From: Bacilli bacterium
GTDB lineage: Bacteria > Bacillota_I > Bacilli_A > RFN20 > CAG-826
Direction of reading: 5' to 3'
Length of the DNA: 64,000 bases
Assembly: GCA_016302065.1 (NCBI GenBank)
Contig: JAEDOI010000002.1
Span: 1,036-65,035 of the forward strand
Below are positions 1 to 10,278 of the stretch, piece after piece. Made by a program: the position numbers and the translations under genes. The stretch's first letter is position 1, and each line of letters opens with the position of its first letter. Under the pieces are notes generated by a model that saw only the letters and a list, made by a program, of their open reading frames with translations, did no database searches and had not been told where the DNA came from.

Positions 1-135
1 TAAAAATAAATTTAATCATCCTTCTAAAGAAACAATTGACATTCTCTTAAAGTATAAAATATCGATAAAAAGGACTGATATTGATGATACGATAACAATT
101 TTTATATGATTTTTAACTTACAAATTAACTAAAAA

Positions 136-663
136 ATGGTGTATAATAATTACATGAATTCGAGTTATAAAGTTGGCGATAAGATTTTAGTTATTAATAT
201 TGGTGTGTGTTTAATTAGCGACATCGAAACTAAAGATTTTGGTAATGGTGAAAAATCATATTATATCCTTCACCCAATTTTTAAAAATTGCAATGATAGA
301 ATAATGATTCCGGTCGAGAACACAAAAAATATTAGAGATCTTGTAGATAAAGAAGTAGCATCTAAAGTATATTCAAATTTTGAAATATATGAAAATTATT
401 GGGTTAAAAATCCTCGTGAACGAAAAGAATATTTTCTTAGTTTGTTAAATAGTGGTGATATATTCAAGATTAAAAACCTGTATTTAACACTTCAAAATAA
501 AAAAGCTGAACTTTTAAATAATAAAAAATTATTAAATACAACCGATAAATATGTATTAGATTCAGTAATTAAATCTTTATCTGAAGAAATTAGTGTTGTA
601 CTTGAACTTGATTATAACGAAACTTTTGATAAACTATCTAATTTTTATTTAGGATTAATTTAG
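136..663 (+). CDS. CarD/CdnL-family RNA polymerase-binding transcription factor
   Basis: 175-aa ORF. N-terminal YKVGDKILV..GVCLISDIETKDF..KSYYILHP..IMIPVENTKNIRDLV fits the CarD_CdnL_TRCF RNAP-interaction domain pattern. TAG stop. Confidence 0.7.
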   Translation: MVYNNYMNSSYKVGDKILVINIGVCLISDIETKDFGNGEKSYYILHPIFKNCNDRIMIPVENTKNIRDLVDKEVASKVYSNFEIYENYWVKNPRERKEYFLSLLNSGDIFKIKNLYLTLQNKKAELLNNKKLLNTTDKYVLDSVIKSLSEEISVVLELDYNETFDKLSNFYLGLI

Positions 664-698
664 TATATTATTAGTAATTAATTAGTTGATACTTAAAT
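649..698 (+). repeat. phased TTAGTA array A (11-bp period: TTAGGA-TTAGTA-TTAGTA-TTAGTT-TTAAAT)
   Basis: Units start at 649, 660, 671, 682 and 693. The unit at 660 contains the TAG stop of the upstream gene. The array ends 22 nt before hairpin 721-743. Confidence 0.8.
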
Positions 699-720
699 AT
701 TTCTTTTAAAATTTATTATA

Positions 721-743
721 TATAAAACTTTTTAAGTTTTATA
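721..743 (+). terminator. intrinsic terminator-like hairpin after the CarD-like gene
   Basis: 10-bp perfect stem TATAAAACTT/AAGTTTTATA with a TTT loop. A T-run (attttt) starts 6 nt downstream. The stem is all A/T plus one C:G pair, so it is weak. Confidence 0.45.
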
Positions 744-753
744 ACATAATTTT

Positions 754-762
754 TGATATAAT
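754..762 (+). promoter_or_regulatory. extended -10 promoter (TGaTATAAT) placed for a leaderless ybeY mRNA
   Basis: TGaTATAAT at 754-762 is followed by exactly 7 nt and then the ybeY ATG (770). There is no SD between them. Confidence 0.45.
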
Positions 763-769
763 TAAGTAT

Positions 770-1219
770 ATGGAAATTATATTTAACAACAAAACAAGAA
801 AGGATGTCGATTCTTACAAAAATAAATTCCTTTCATTATTTGATAAAACATTAAAACATTTGAAATTAAAAAATAATTACATCATGTCTGTTACTATTGT
901 TTCAAAAAATAGAATACATGAGCTTAACAATACATTTAGGGGAATCGATAGACCAACAGATGTTATTAGTTTTGCATTTCTTGATGATAAAAATGAAATA
1001 ATAAATAATAGTAAGATTATTGATTTAGGTGAAATATATATTTGCTACGATATATGTTTAAAAAATGCTAAAAAATACGGAAATAGTTTTGATCGAGAAT
1101 TTTGTTTTTTATTTATTCATGGTCTTCTTCACCTTTTAGGTTATGATCACCAAACAAAAGAGCAAGAAGAAGTGATGTTTAAATTACAAGATGAAATATT
1201 ACCACCAAAGGAGAATTAA
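770..1219 (+). CDS. ybeY: rRNA maturation endoribonuclease YbeY
   Basis: 149 aa with the metal-binding motif HGLLHLLGYDH. Sits upstream of cdd-era as in Firmicutes. Confidence 0.95.
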   Translation: MEIIFNNKTRKDVDSYKNKFLSLFDKTLKHLKLKNNYIMSVTIVSKNRIHELNNTFRGIDRPTDVISFAFLDDKNEIINNSKIIDLGEIYICYDICLKNAKKYGNSFDREFCFLFIHGLLHLLGYDHQTKEQEEVMFKLQDEILPPKEN

Positions 1220-1221
1220 TT

Positions 1222-1620
1222 ATGATTAAAGAAGAATTAGTTGAATATGCAATTAGAGCTAGAGAAAAATCTTATTCACCTTACTCTAATTTTAAAGTTG
1301 GCGCAGCTTTACTAACAAGTGATGATAGTGTATTTGAAGGAGCTAATATAGAAAATGCATCTTACCCATTATCAATGTGTGCTGAAAGAGTTGCGATGTT
1401 TAATGCTTATATGTCTGGAGTAGAGTACGATGATATTGTAGCTTTAGCAGTTGTAGCTGATACTGATACTCCTGTAGCTCCTTGTGGTGCTTGTAGACAA
1501 GTCATGGCTGAACTTTTACCAAGAAACACAATAATTTATTTAGCAAACCTTAAAGGTGAAATAAAAGAATGCAGTATTGATGAACTTTTACCATATTCAT
1601 TTTCTGGAGATGATTTATGA
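1222..1620 (+). CDS. cdd: cytidine deaminase
   Basis: 132 aa with zinc motifs CAERVA and PCGACRQ. TGA stop overlaps the era start (ATGA). Confidence 0.93.
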   Translation: MIKEELVEYAIRAREKSYSPYSNFKVGAALLTSDDSVFEGANIENASYPLSMCAERVAMFNAYMSGVEYDDIVALAVVADTDTPVAPCGACRQVMAELLPRNTIIYLANLKGEIKECSIDELLPYSFSGDDL

Positions 1621-2495
1621 TTAAAAGTGGTTTTGTCACAATTATTGGAAAACCAAATGTAGGTAAATCAACTTTACTTAACAGAATAATTGGTAGCAAA
1701 ATATCAATTGTTACTCCTAAATGTCAAACAACACGAAACAGTATTCAAGGAATATATAATGATAAAGAATCTCAAATAATATTCATCGATACTCCTGGAA
1801 TTCATAAACCATTTAATGAACTAGGTGTTGCTTTAGATAAAGTTTCTTATTCTTCAATTAGAGATTCTGATATTAGTTTATTGCTTGTTGATTGTAGTAA
1901 AGATTATAACGAAGAAGATTCTTTCTTAACTGATAAAATTAAATTTGATAATAAGTTAATTATTGTCTTTAATAAAATTGACTTAACAAATATTGAATTA
2001 ATTACAAGAATTAAAAATAAATATAAAGAAATTTATCCTTCTACTGATATGATTGAAATTTGTGCTAAAGATGGTTTCAATATTCCAGATTTAATTACTT
2101 TAATAAAAAAATATCTTCCTGAAGGTCCAAGATATTATGATGAAACAATAGTTACGGATAGAGATTTATCTTTTAGAATTCAAGAAATAATAAGAGAAAA
2201 GATCCTTTTGCTATTAAAAGAAGAAGTGCCTCATGGAGTATTGGTTTTAGTTGAAGAGATTCATAAAGAAGAAGGAAGGCCTTCAATTTACGCAAAGATT
2301 ATTGTTGAGAAAGAAAGTCATAAAGGTATCATCTTAGGTAAAAAAGGTTCGATGATTAAAAAGATTGGAACTTATTCTCGTCAAGATATTGAAAAAATGA
2401 TTGGGCAACATATAAATCTTGAATTAGTTGTAAATGTGGTAGAAAATTGGAGAAATTCTAGTAGATTTTTAGTAAAAGCAGGTTACAAAATTTAA
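1617..2495 (+). CDS. era: GTPase Era
   Basis: 292 aa. G1 motif GKPNVGKST, DTPG, NKID, and a C-terminal KH domain (KGIILGKKGSMIKKIG). Confidence 0.97.
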   Translation: MIKSGFVTIIGKPNVGKSTLLNRIIGSKISIVTPKCQTTRNSIQGIYNDKESQIIFIDTPGIHKPFNELGVALDKVSYSSIRDSDISLLLVDCSKDYNEEDSFLTDKIKFDNKLIIVFNKIDLTNIELITRIKNKYKEIYPSTDMIEICAKDGFNIPDLITLIKKYLPEGPRYYDETIVTDRDLSFRIQEIIREKILLLLKEEVPHGVLVLVEEIHKEEGRPSIYAKIIVEKESHKGIILGKKGSMIKKIGTYSRQDIEKMIGQHINLELVVNVVENWRNSSRFLVKAGYKI

Positions 2496-3166
2496 TGATT
2501 GAAATTGAAGGAATATTAATTAGCTGCAATCAATATAAGGACAATGATGGTATATTAAACGTCTTAACTCCTAATGGTTACGTATCTATATTAGGAAGAG
2601 GAATATATAAATATAATAATCTAAATTGTTTTTTTGCAAACTCATTATTAATTGGTAAATTTGAGTGTTATAAAGGAAAAGTTGGAGGATTAAAGCTTAG
2701 AACTGTAGATGTCATTAAAAATTTAACTTTAGATTTTTATCAATATAATTCAATAGTTGTACTTGATTCTTTAAAAGAAATTTTATTCAAAATAAAAGAA
2801 AATAATGATTATTTATCTTTATATAATGAGTTATATGATTTTTTAACTACTTCAACTGAAGAGACTAGATTTACTGATTTTCTTTATTTTATATATAATT
2901 TGACAATTATTTTAGGAATTAAACCATCAATAGAAGAAAGTTTTAATTATTTTGATATTAATAATGGAAAATTCATCTATAAGTGTAATGCCAATGAAGC
3001 ATATTCTTTAACCAAGAAAGAGATAGAAGCAATAAATTGTTTAGATAATGGACTAACTATTAAATTAAGTAAAGAAGAGTCTAAAAACTTGTTAGTCTTA
3101 TTTTTAACTTTTATAAGTCAATACTTTGATTTAAATCTTAATTGTATTTGCTATTTTAAAAAATAA
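2495..3166 (+). CDS. recO: DNA repair protein RecO
   Basis: 223 aa. N-terminal OB-fold-like GILISCNQYKDNDGILNVLT. Conserved position directly after era. Confidence 0.8.
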   Translation: MIEIEGILISCNQYKDNDGILNVLTPNGYVSILGRGIYKYNNLNCFFANSLLIGKFECYKGKVGGLKLRTVDVIKNLTLDFYQYNSIVVLDSLKEILFKIKENNDYLSLYNELYDFLTTSTEETRFTDFLYFIYNLTIILGIKPSIEESFNYFDINNGKFIYKCNANEAYSLTKKEIEAINCLDNGLTIKLSKEESKNLLVLFLTFISQYFDLNLNCICYFKK

Positions 3167-3194
3167 ATTTTAAATAAACTACACTCATAATAGG

Positions 3195-3223
3195 TTGACA
3201 ACTATTATTTAAAACAATAGAAT
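3195..3223 (+). promoter_or_regulatory. sigma-A type promoter of glyQS (TTGACA-17-TAGAAT)
   Basis: TTGACA at 3195-3200, a 17-nt spacer, TAGAAT at 3218-3223, GGAGG at 3236-3240 and ATG at 3250. The leader is about 20 nt. Confidence 0.6.
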
Positions 3224-3249
3224 TATAAAGATTTTGGAGGATATTATAT

Positions 3250-4629
3250 ATGAATAATGAAAATAAATTTTCTGTTGTTGCAACACATTTACAAACAACT
3301 GGATATATATTTCAAGGTTCAGAAATTTATGGTGGATTATCAAATACATGGGATTATGGACCTTTAGGGAGTGAATTAAAAAACAACTTAAAACAATTAT
3401 GGTGGAAGAAATTTGTACACGAATCACCAACTAATGTTGGAATAGATGCTGCAATTTTAATGAATCCTAAAGTTTGGGAAGCTACAGGACATGTTACTAC
3501 ATTTAATGACCCTTTAATTGATTGCAAATCTTGTAAATCACGTTTTAGAGCTGACAATTTAATTGAAGAACAATTTAAAGATGTTGATGTTAATGGAATG
3601 AGTCAAAAAGAAATGAATGACTTTATTAAAGAACACAATGTCATTTGTCCTGTTTGTGGTAAGTCTAATTTTACAGATATTAGACAATTTAATATGATGT
3701 TTAAAACTCATATCGGTGTAACAGATGATTCAAAAAGCGAAGTATATTTACGTCCTGAAACTGCTCAAGGTGTTTTCGTAAACTTTAAAAATGTTCAAAG
3801 AGCAACAAGAAGAAAACTTCCTCTTGGAATTTGCAATACAGGAAAAGCCTTTAGAAACGAAATTACTCCAGGAAACTTTACATTTAGAATGAGGGAATTT
3901 GACCAAATGGAACTTGAATTCTTCTGTAAGCCAGGAACTGATCTAGAATGGTTTAATTATTGGAAGAATTACAGTATTAATTTTGTTAAATTACTTGGTA
4001 TTAAAGAAGAAAATTTAAGATTTAGAGATCACGAAACGGAAGAATTAGCATTTTATTCTAAAGCAACTACTGATATTGAATATAAATTTAGCTTTGGTTG
4101 GGGTGAAATTTGGGGTATTGCTGATAGAACTGATTACGATTTAAAGAGACATCAAGAATACTCAAAAGAAAGTTTAGAATATTTAGATCCAGATACTAAT
4201 GAAAGATATGTTCCATATTGTATTGAACCATCATTAGGATTAGATAGGTTATTCTTAATGGTTGTTAATGATGCTTATGATGAAGAGACATTAGAAAATG
4301 GGGAAGTAAGAAAAGTTATGCACCTTCAACCTTTTATAGCACCATTTAAAGCAAGTATTTTACCTTTAAGTAAACAATTAGCTCCAAAAGCTAAAGAAAT
4401 TTTTGATTCTTTAATTCCATATATGAATGTTTCATTTGATGTAACTGGAAGCATTGGTAAAAGATATAGAAGAAATGATGAAATTGGAACTCCATATTGT
4501 GTAACGATTGATTTTGATACTGAAAATGACAATTCAGTTACCGTTAGAGATAGAGATTCAATGAAACAAGAAAGAATTGAAATTAGTAAATTAAAAGATT
4601 ATTTAATGGAGAGAACATTCTGTAAATAA
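3250..4629 (+). CDS. glyQS: glycine--tRNA ligase (homodimeric GlyQS type)
   Basis: 459 aa, class II aaRS. Sequence includes [35 protein letters not shown] and GLDRL. Confidence 0.97.
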   Translation: MNNENKFSVVATHLQTTGYIFQGSEIYGGLSNTWDYGPLGSELKNNLKQLWWKKFVHESPTNVGIDAAILMNPKVWEATGHVTTFNDPLIDCKSCKSRFRADNLIEEQFKDVDVNGMSQKEMNDFIKEHNVICPVCGKSNFTDIRQFNMMFKTHIGVTDDSKSEVYLRPETAQGVFVNFKNVQRATRRKLPLGICNTGKAFRNEITPGNFTFRMREFDQMELEFFCKPGTDLEWFNYWKNYSINFVKLLGIKEENLRFRDHETEELAFYSKATTDIEYKFSFGWGEIWGIADRTDYDLKRHQEYSKESLEYLDPDTNERYVPYCIEPSLGLDRLFLMVVNDAYDEETLENGEVRKVMHLQPFIAPFKASILPLSKQLAPKAKEIFDSLIPYMNVSFDVTGSIGKRYRRNDEIGTPYCVTIDFDTENDNSVTVRDRDSMKQERIEISKLKDYLMERTFCK

Positions 4630-6470
4630 TGGAAAATAACATCTTACAAATCTCAAAAGAAATATTAAGTCAAATTAATATAGTTGAAATTATTTCACAT
4701 TATATTCAATTAACAAAGAAGGGTAGAAATTATACCGCACTTTGTCCTTTTCACGATGATAAAAATTTAGGAAACTTCTACGTAAGCGAAGAAAAACAAA
4801 TTTTTAGATGCTTTTCATGCAAAGCTAGTGGTAATGCTATTAATTTTGTTCAAAAAAAGGAAAATATTTCTTATTATGAAGCGTTACTGAAAGTTTGTGA
4901 GATAGCAAATATTCACGATGATAGAATACAAAAAAGAACAAAAACTAATATAGATCCTCTACTTGAAGATGCTTATAAATGTTTAAATTCTGAGGTAGAT
5001 TTTTATTTCATGAGCCTAACTAAATCAAACGAAGGAAAAAGCGCTTTAGAATATTTAGCAAATAGAGGATTAAACGAAGATGTTATTAAATATTTTAAAA
5101 TTGGTTATGCTCAAAGCAATGGAACATTATTGATAGATTATTTAAAAAATAAAAATTTTAGTTTAAAAACTATTGTTAACACTGGAATTGCTCGAATTGA
5201 AGATAATCCAATTAAAGATATTAATAACGGAAGAATAGTTTTTCCTATATTTAATAAAATTGGACAACCTGTCGGATTTAGTGCTCGTGTATTTAAAAAT
5301 AAGAGTGATGCAAAATATGTTAATACAAGAGAAACAATAGCTTTTAATAAATCTTCATTACTTTACAATTATCATAACGCTTTACAAGAAGCTAAACGTG
5401 TTGGCTATATTTATGTTTTAGAAGGATTTATGGATGTAATTGCTTGTTATCGAGTTGGAATTAAAAGCGCTGTAGCTTTAATGGGAACATCATTAACAAA
5501 GCAACATCTTCAATTGCTTAGATATACTGGAGCAGAAATTCGACTTTGTTTAGACTTAGATAATCCTGGCCAAAATGCAATGGCTGAAATTATCCAAGTC
5601 TTAGATAATGAAGGCTTGAATTATCGTCTTGTATCTAATCTAACGAGTTATGAAGGCAAAGATTCTGATGAAATATTAAAAAACAATAAAGAAGAAGGGT
5701 TAACTGCTTTCCTAAACAACTTAATTAGTAAAGGAGAGTGGCTCATAAATTATTACTCTAAAAATATTAATCTTTCTTCACTTGAAGGAAGAAAAGAGCT
5801 TGTTAATAAGATGGTTCCATTTCTTGTAAAAGTAAATGATTCACTAGAATTAGAAGATTATTGTGTTAGAATCTCAAAATTAAGTCAATTTTCTTTAGAA
5901 AATATAAAAACTATTATTAGAAAATATAAGGCAAGTAAAGCGGATGATGATAAAAAGACTTACCAAGAACGGTATAGAAAGAATAAGTTTGAAAAAACAA
6001 CACTAACTAAACTTGAGTTGGCTGAAAAACAATTGATGCAATATATTTTAGAAAATAACGATGCATTAAAAATATATGATAAGAAGCTTGGCTTTATGAG
6101 TAATGAAATTTATCGTAATATAGTTAGTTTGATTGAAGACTACATATATGAAAATTCAATTAATAAATATAACGTTAACGATATAATTTCATATTTATCA
6201 TTAAAAGATGGAGATAATGATAAAAAGCAAATAATAATTGATGAATTAGCTGAATTATCTTTGAATAAGAAATATGTGCTTCCTCCTTATTCAGAAGAGA
6301 TTATTAATGAATTAATTTCAACAATTAATATTGAAAGAGAAAAAGCGAGAACTGTTCAAGCTTTTAAGGAAGGAAGTAAAGGTAAAAGTCAATCAGAGCA
6401 AGCTTTACAAGCACAGAACTATATAAATAAAAAACGTGCTATGATTGAGCATTTAGAAAATAAAAAATAA
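4629..6470 (+). CDS. dnaG: DNA primase
   Basis: 613 aa. Zinc finger CPFHDDKNLGNFYVSEEKQIFRCFSC and a TOPRIM region (YVLEGFMDV). Start overlaps the glyQS stop (TAATG). Confidence 0.96.
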   Translation: MENNILQISKEILSQINIVEIISHYIQLTKKGRNYTALCPFHDDKNLGNFYVSEEKQIFRCFSCKASGNAINFVQKKENISYYEALLKVCEIANIHDDRIQKRTKTNIDPLLEDAYKCLNSEVDFYFMSLTKSNEGKSALEYLANRGLNEDVIKYFKIGYAQSNGTLLIDYLKNKNFSLKTIVNTGIARIEDNPIKDINNGRIVFPIFNKIGQPVGFSARVFKNKSDAKYVNTRETIAFNKSSLLYNYHNALQEAKRVGYIYVLEGFMDVIACYRVGIKSAVALMGTSLTKQHLQLLRYTGAEIRLCLDLDNPGQNAMAEIIQVLDNEGLNYRLVSNLTSYEGKDSDEILKNNKEEGLTAFLNNLISKGEWLINYYSKNINLSSLEGRKELVNKMVPFLVKVNDSLELEDYCVRISKLSQFSLENIKTIIRKYKASKADDDKKTYQERYRKNKFEKTTLTKLELAEKQLMQYILENNDALKIYDKKLGFMSNEIYRNIVSLIEDYIYENSINKYNVNDIISYLSLKDGDNDKKQIIIDELAELSLNKKYVLPPYSEEIINELISTINIEREKARTVQAFKEGSKGKSQSEQALQAQNYINKKRAMIEHLENKK

Positions 6471-6531
6471 ATTGATACTTATTTTAAGGGTTTAAGTATT
6501 AATTTAAATATATTAGTTAGGAGGTATAGGT

Positions 6532-7809
6532 ATGGGAAGAAAACCAAAAAAACAAGAAGTTTTAGATGAAGAAGTCGAAGAATTAGAAGATGAGGACTTT
6601 GAAATCGATGATGATGAAGATGAAGAAACAAAAGTTCAAAAAAGCATCGAGAAAATTATTAAACAATACGAGAAAAAATGTAAAAATAAGAAAATTGATG
6701 TCGATGATTTCTTCGAAAATTATAAGTATGTCAATTTTTCAGATGATCAATACAATGAAATACTTGAAAAATTCAAAAGCGATGGATATGAAATTATTGG
6801 TCTTGATGAAGAAAAAGAACTAGATGATACAGATTTTAATCCTAATGATGCTACTTTAGAAGAAGATGATGATTATGAACCAGATGATTTTGATGAATCT
6901 GAAGATGAAAATGATGAATTAAAATCAATTGATCTTGATAATATTGATAGTATTGATAGTAGTGAAATTAAAGTTCAAGACGGTGTTAAACAATATTTAA
7001 AAGAAATTGGTAAATACCCTTTATTAAAACCAAATGAAGAAAAAGAACTCGCTCAACGTATTGCAAAAGGTGATAAAAGAGCAAGAGACCAATTAATTTG
7101 CTCTAATCTTAGACTTGTAGTTAGTATTGCTAAACATTACATGGGTAGAGGCCTTCAATTCCAAGACTTAATTCAAGAAGGTGACCTAGGATTAATGAAA
7201 GCAGTTGAAAAATTTGATTATACCAAAGGTTTTAAATTCTCAACTTATGCAACATGGTGGATTAAGCAAGCTGTTCAACGTGCTATTCAAGATAAAGCAA
7301 GAATTGTTAGAATTCCTGTTCATATGGTTGAAACTATTAATAAAATTAATAAAACTACTAGACAACTTACTGTTGAACTTGCAAGAAACCCAACTCCTGA
7401 AGAAATTTCAAAGGAACTTGGTGGACAATTCTCTCCTAAAAAGATTATGGAAATCCAAAAAATGGCCCAAGAACCATATTCTCTTGACCAACCAATTGGA
7501 GAAGAAGATGAGACTAAATTAGGAGATTTTATTGAAGATAAAGAAACTTTATCGCCTGCTGAATACACTTATAAGCAAATGAATAAAGAAGCTTTATATA
7601 AAATCATGGAAGATCTTACTGATAAAGAAAGAACAATCATTATTCTTCGTCATGGACTTGAAGATAATAGACCACGTACTTTAGAAGAAGTTGGTAATAT
7701 CTTTAATGTTACTAGAGAAAGAATTAGACAAATCGAAGCAAAAGCTATTAAAAAATTGCGTCACCAAAATAGAACTAAATATTTAGATAAGAATTATAAA
7801 GACTATTAA
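6532..7809 (+). CDS. sigA: primary RNA polymerase sigma factor (sigma-70/SigA)
   Basis: 425 aa. Acidic N-terminus, region 2 ([13 protein letters not shown]), region 4 ([28 protein letters not shown]). AGGAGG SD. dnaG-sigA synteny. Confidence 0.97.
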   Translation: MGRKPKKQEVLDEEVEELEDEDFEIDDDEDEETKVQKSIEKIIKQYEKKCKNKKIDVDDFFENYKYVNFSDDQYNEILEKFKSDGYEIIGLDEEKELDDTDFNPNDATLEEDDDYEPDDFDESEDENDELKSIDLDNIDSIDSSEIKVQDGVKQYLKEIGKYPLLKPNEEKELAQRIAKGDKRARDQLICSNLRLVVSIAKHYMGRGLQFQDLIQEGDLGLMKAVEKFDYTKGFKFSTYATWWIKQAVQRAIQDKARIVRIPVHMVETINKINKTTRQLTVELARNPTPEEISKELGGQFSPKKIMEIQKMAQEPYSLDQPIGEEDETKLGDFIEDKETLSPAEYTYKQMNKEALYKIMEDLTDKERTIIILRHGLEDNRPRTLEEVGNIFNVTRERIRQIEAKAIKKLRHQNRTKYLDKNYKDY

Positions 7810-7873
7810 TAAATTTGCTTAAAGTTTAACTATTTTATTCATAATATGTATAAATAGTGGATAAATGGTAAAT

Positions 7874-7912
7874 TTAGTTAATTATTAGTAAATATTTAGT
7901 ATATATTCAGTT
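7874..7912 (+). repeat. phased TTAGTA array B (TTAGTT-TTAGTA-TTAGTA-TCAGTT, 11-bp period)
   Basis: Units start at 7874, 7885, 7896 and 7907. The array lies 65 nt after the sigA stop and 23 nt before the trmK ATG. Confidence 0.8.
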
Positions 7913-7934
7913 AATAATATAAATCTTATTCATT

Positions 7935-8594
7935 ATGTTATCAAAAAGACTATCAATAATTTATTCATTTATTGATGAAGGATCAAGTGTTGTTGATGTT
8001 GGCTGTGATCATGGCTACCTTCTTATTGAACTAGCAAAAAATAATAAATCAACTAATCTTTTAGGAGTGGAAAACAAACTTGGTCCTTTTTCAACATTAA
8101 AGAAAAATATCAAATTAAACAAACTAGATGGCAAAATTAATACTAGTTTAAGTGATGGAATTTCAAATGTTGATTCTTCTTTTGATACTTTAGTAATTGC
8201 TGGGATGGGAAGCGACAATATAGTGGGAATTATTGAAAGAAATAAAGATAAACTTTCATTATTTAATACAATAATTATTGATTCTCATACTGAAACTGAA
8301 AAAATTAGAAGATACTTTGTTAAAAAATATTATAAAATAAGCAATGAAAAAATTATTAAGGATAACAAAATTGTTTATGAAATTATAAAATTTGTTAAGG
8401 GGAAAGCTAATTATAGTGATTTAGAATTTAAATATGGACCAATAATTCTAAATAATAAAAATGATGAAGAATTTAAAGAAATATATAATGAAAAAGTTCA
8501 ATATTTAACTAAAAAACTAGAAAATGCTACAAATGAAAAATTTAAAAATAATTTAAGTAGTGAAATAAAAGAAATTTGCTCAATATTAAGGTAA
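7935..8594 (+). CDS. trmK: tRNA (adenine22-N1)-methyltransferase TrmK
   Basis: 219 aa. SAM-binding VVDVGCDHGYL. Conserved position after sigA (B. subtilis yqfN). Confidence 0.85.
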   Translation: MLSKRLSIIYSFIDEGSSVVDVGCDHGYLLIELAKNNKSTNLLGVENKLGPFSTLKKNIKLNKLDGKINTSLSDGISNVDSSFDTLVIAGMGSDNIVGIIERNKDKLSLFNTIIIDSHTETEKIRRYFVKKYYKISNEKIIKDNKIVYEIIKFVKGKANYSDLEFKYGPIILNNKNDEEFKEIYNEKVQYLTKKLENATNEKFKNNLSSEIKEICSILR

Positions 8595-8600
8595 AAATTT

Positions 8601-9377
8601 ATGAAATCTAAAAGTTTATTTATTAAATTAGGTAAAAAATATCCTGCTAGTCTTCAAGAACCATGGGATCATTGCCTTTATCAAATGGGAAAATCTAAAG
8701 AAAACATTAATACAATTCTTCTTTGCTTGGACTTTGATGAAATGGTTTATGATTTTATGGAAAATAATGATTTATTTTCAAAAATTGATTTAATTATAAC
8801 TCATCATCCATTCTTATTTGGTACTCCTCATCAAGTTTTATCAAAAGATGAAAAGAAAAGAGCTTTATACAACAAACTTATTGAAAAAAATGCCTTAATT
8901 TATTCGTATCATACTAATTTTGATACTGCAAAAGATGGTATGAATGATGCTTTAGCTGAAAGACTTGAATTAACTAATGTTAGAGAAGTAACTTCATGCC
9001 CAATGGCTCGAATTGGAAACTTAAAAAAAGAAATGGAAGTTAAGGAGTTTTCAGTTTTTGCAAAAAATAAACTTAATATTAATTATGGACTTTTATTAAA
9101 TTATGGAAAGAAGATGATTAAAACTGTTGCTATAATTGGTGGAGGCGGTAGTAAATATTATAAGGATGCTATGCTTGATGGAGCTGATATTTATATTAGT
9201 GGAGACTGTCCACATCATGTTAGACGAGATATAATTACTTCTAATTTTAATTATTTAGATTTGCCACATGAAATTGAAAAAATATTCATTGATAAAATGG
9301 AATCTGTATTACTTTCATTTGATAAAACTTTAAAAATCATTAAAGTAGATCATGAAAAAGAACCAGAAGTTATTTAG
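8601..9377 (+). CDS. Nif3-family dinuclear metal-centre protein (YqfO-like)
   Basis: 258 aa. Sequence includes ITHHPFLF and SGDCPHH. Follows trmK as in B. subtilis. Confidence 0.85.
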   Translation: MKSKSLFIKLGKKYPASLQEPWDHCLYQMGKSKENINTILLCLDFDEMVYDFMENNDLFSKIDLIITHHPFLFGTPHQVLSKDEKKRALYNKLIEKNALIYSYHTNFDTAKDGMNDALAERLELTNVREVTSCPMARIGNLKKEMEVKEFSVFAKNKLNINYGLLLNYGKKMIKTVAIIGGGGSKYYKDAMLDGADIYISGDCPHHVRRDIITSNFNYLDLPHEIEKIFIDKMESVLLSFDKTLKIIKVDHEKEPEVI

Positions 9378-10227
9378 TTTTTAGATAATTATATATAGAT
9401 AAAACAACATTGTCATCGGAACTAGTCCCTGATAAAACGAGAACTTTTCCTACATTATTAAAATTAATTTTTTTAACCTCATTAAGAGTTGTAACAATAC
9501 TAATATTATTGTTTTTAGTAGTTTTATAGTATATTTCTAGTAAATTATTTGTATTAGCACTAGTTTTATCACCAACTAAAAATACATAATCATAAGTATT
9601 ATTTAATAAATGTTCTTTAAAAATTTCATATCTTTTAGCTGGTTCAACACAAATATTTCTTTCTTTATTTTTGATAAAATTATTTAATTTATCTAAACAA
9701 GAATCATAAGTATCTATGCTCATGGTTGTTTGATTTAATAATACATAATTTTTATTTTTATCTAATTTTTCATAATTATTAACTAAATAATTGTTATCTA
9801 AAAAAGAAAGAAGATATTTAATTTCCATGTGATTTTCATTTCCAATAATAAAATAATTAGTATTGTTCTTATTTTTAACAATATCTAAATTATGCCTAAC
9901 AAATTTACAACAAATATCAAAATATATAAATTTTCTTTCAATAAGAAGATCTAAAACTTGTTTATAGTACCCGTGAAGTCCAAAAATAATAATATCTTTA
10001 TCATTATCTAATTTATTAATGTATTCTAGTTGATCACATTTTTCAGTAGATTCAAAAATAATGAATCCATCTTTTAATAGTGATGTGTTGGTAAAATTAT
10101 TATGAACAAATGGTCCTAAAATATGTATTTTATAATTATGATAATCTCTTTTAATTCTATAAAGTTGACTTAGTCCGTTTTTTACTCCAAAACAATATCC
10201 GTAAGGCTCTAATAATTTTACTTTCAT
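9370..10227 (-). CDS. ispH: 4-hydroxy-3-methylbut-2-enyl diphosphate reductase (MEP pathway)
   Basis: 285 aa. Three candidate cluster cysteines in the expected contexts (YGYCFGV, DICCKFV, NICVEPAKR) plus VHN, LHG, NHMEI, NQTT and KTSANTNNL. Confidence 0.85.
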   Translation of the reverse strand: MKVKLLEPYGYCFGVKNGLSQLYRIKRDYHNYKIHILGPFVHNNFTNTSLLKDGFIIFESTEKCDQLEYINKLDNDKDIIIFGLHGYYKQVLDLLIERKFIYFDICCKFVRHNLDIVKNKNNTNYFIIGNENHMEIKYLLSFLDNNYLVNNYEKLDKNKNYVLLNQTTMSIDTYDSCLDKLNNFIKNKERNICVEPAKRYEIFKEHLLNNTYDYVFLVGDKTSANTNNLLEIYYKTTKNNNISIVTTLNEVKKINFNNVGKVLVLSGTSSDDNVVLSIYNYLKTK

Positions 10228-10278
10228 ATAAAAATTATATCAAAAGGAATGAAAATATTACATTTTTAATGTAAAATA

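Noticed and set aside
1-135. TTGACA at 36-41 as a promoter for the CarD-like gene, and a possible 3' gene fragment at the left edge.
   Set aside because: No acceptable -10 box lies at 16-18 nt spacing. The left 135 nt contain stops in all frames, so no partial CDS can be supported.
1617-1620. Possibility of Mycoplasma/Spiroplasma code 4 (TGA = Trp).
   Set aside because: Full-length conserved proteins are obtained with TGA as a stop. For example, cdd ends at TGA with the typical ATGA overlap to era. No conserved protein appears truncated at TGA.
2458-2474. In-phase CTAGTA-n5-TTAGTA pair inside the 3' end of era, a possible seventh array.
   Set aside because: It has only two units, one of them imperfect, and no third in-phase unit. 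By my rough estimate, pairs of one exact plus one single-mismatch unit are expected by chance a few times per window.
6493-6518. TAAGTA / TTAAAT / TTAGTT in the dnaG-sigA gap, resembling an array.
   Set aside because: The third unit is out of phase (offset 20 rather than 22) and the middle unit is a poor match.
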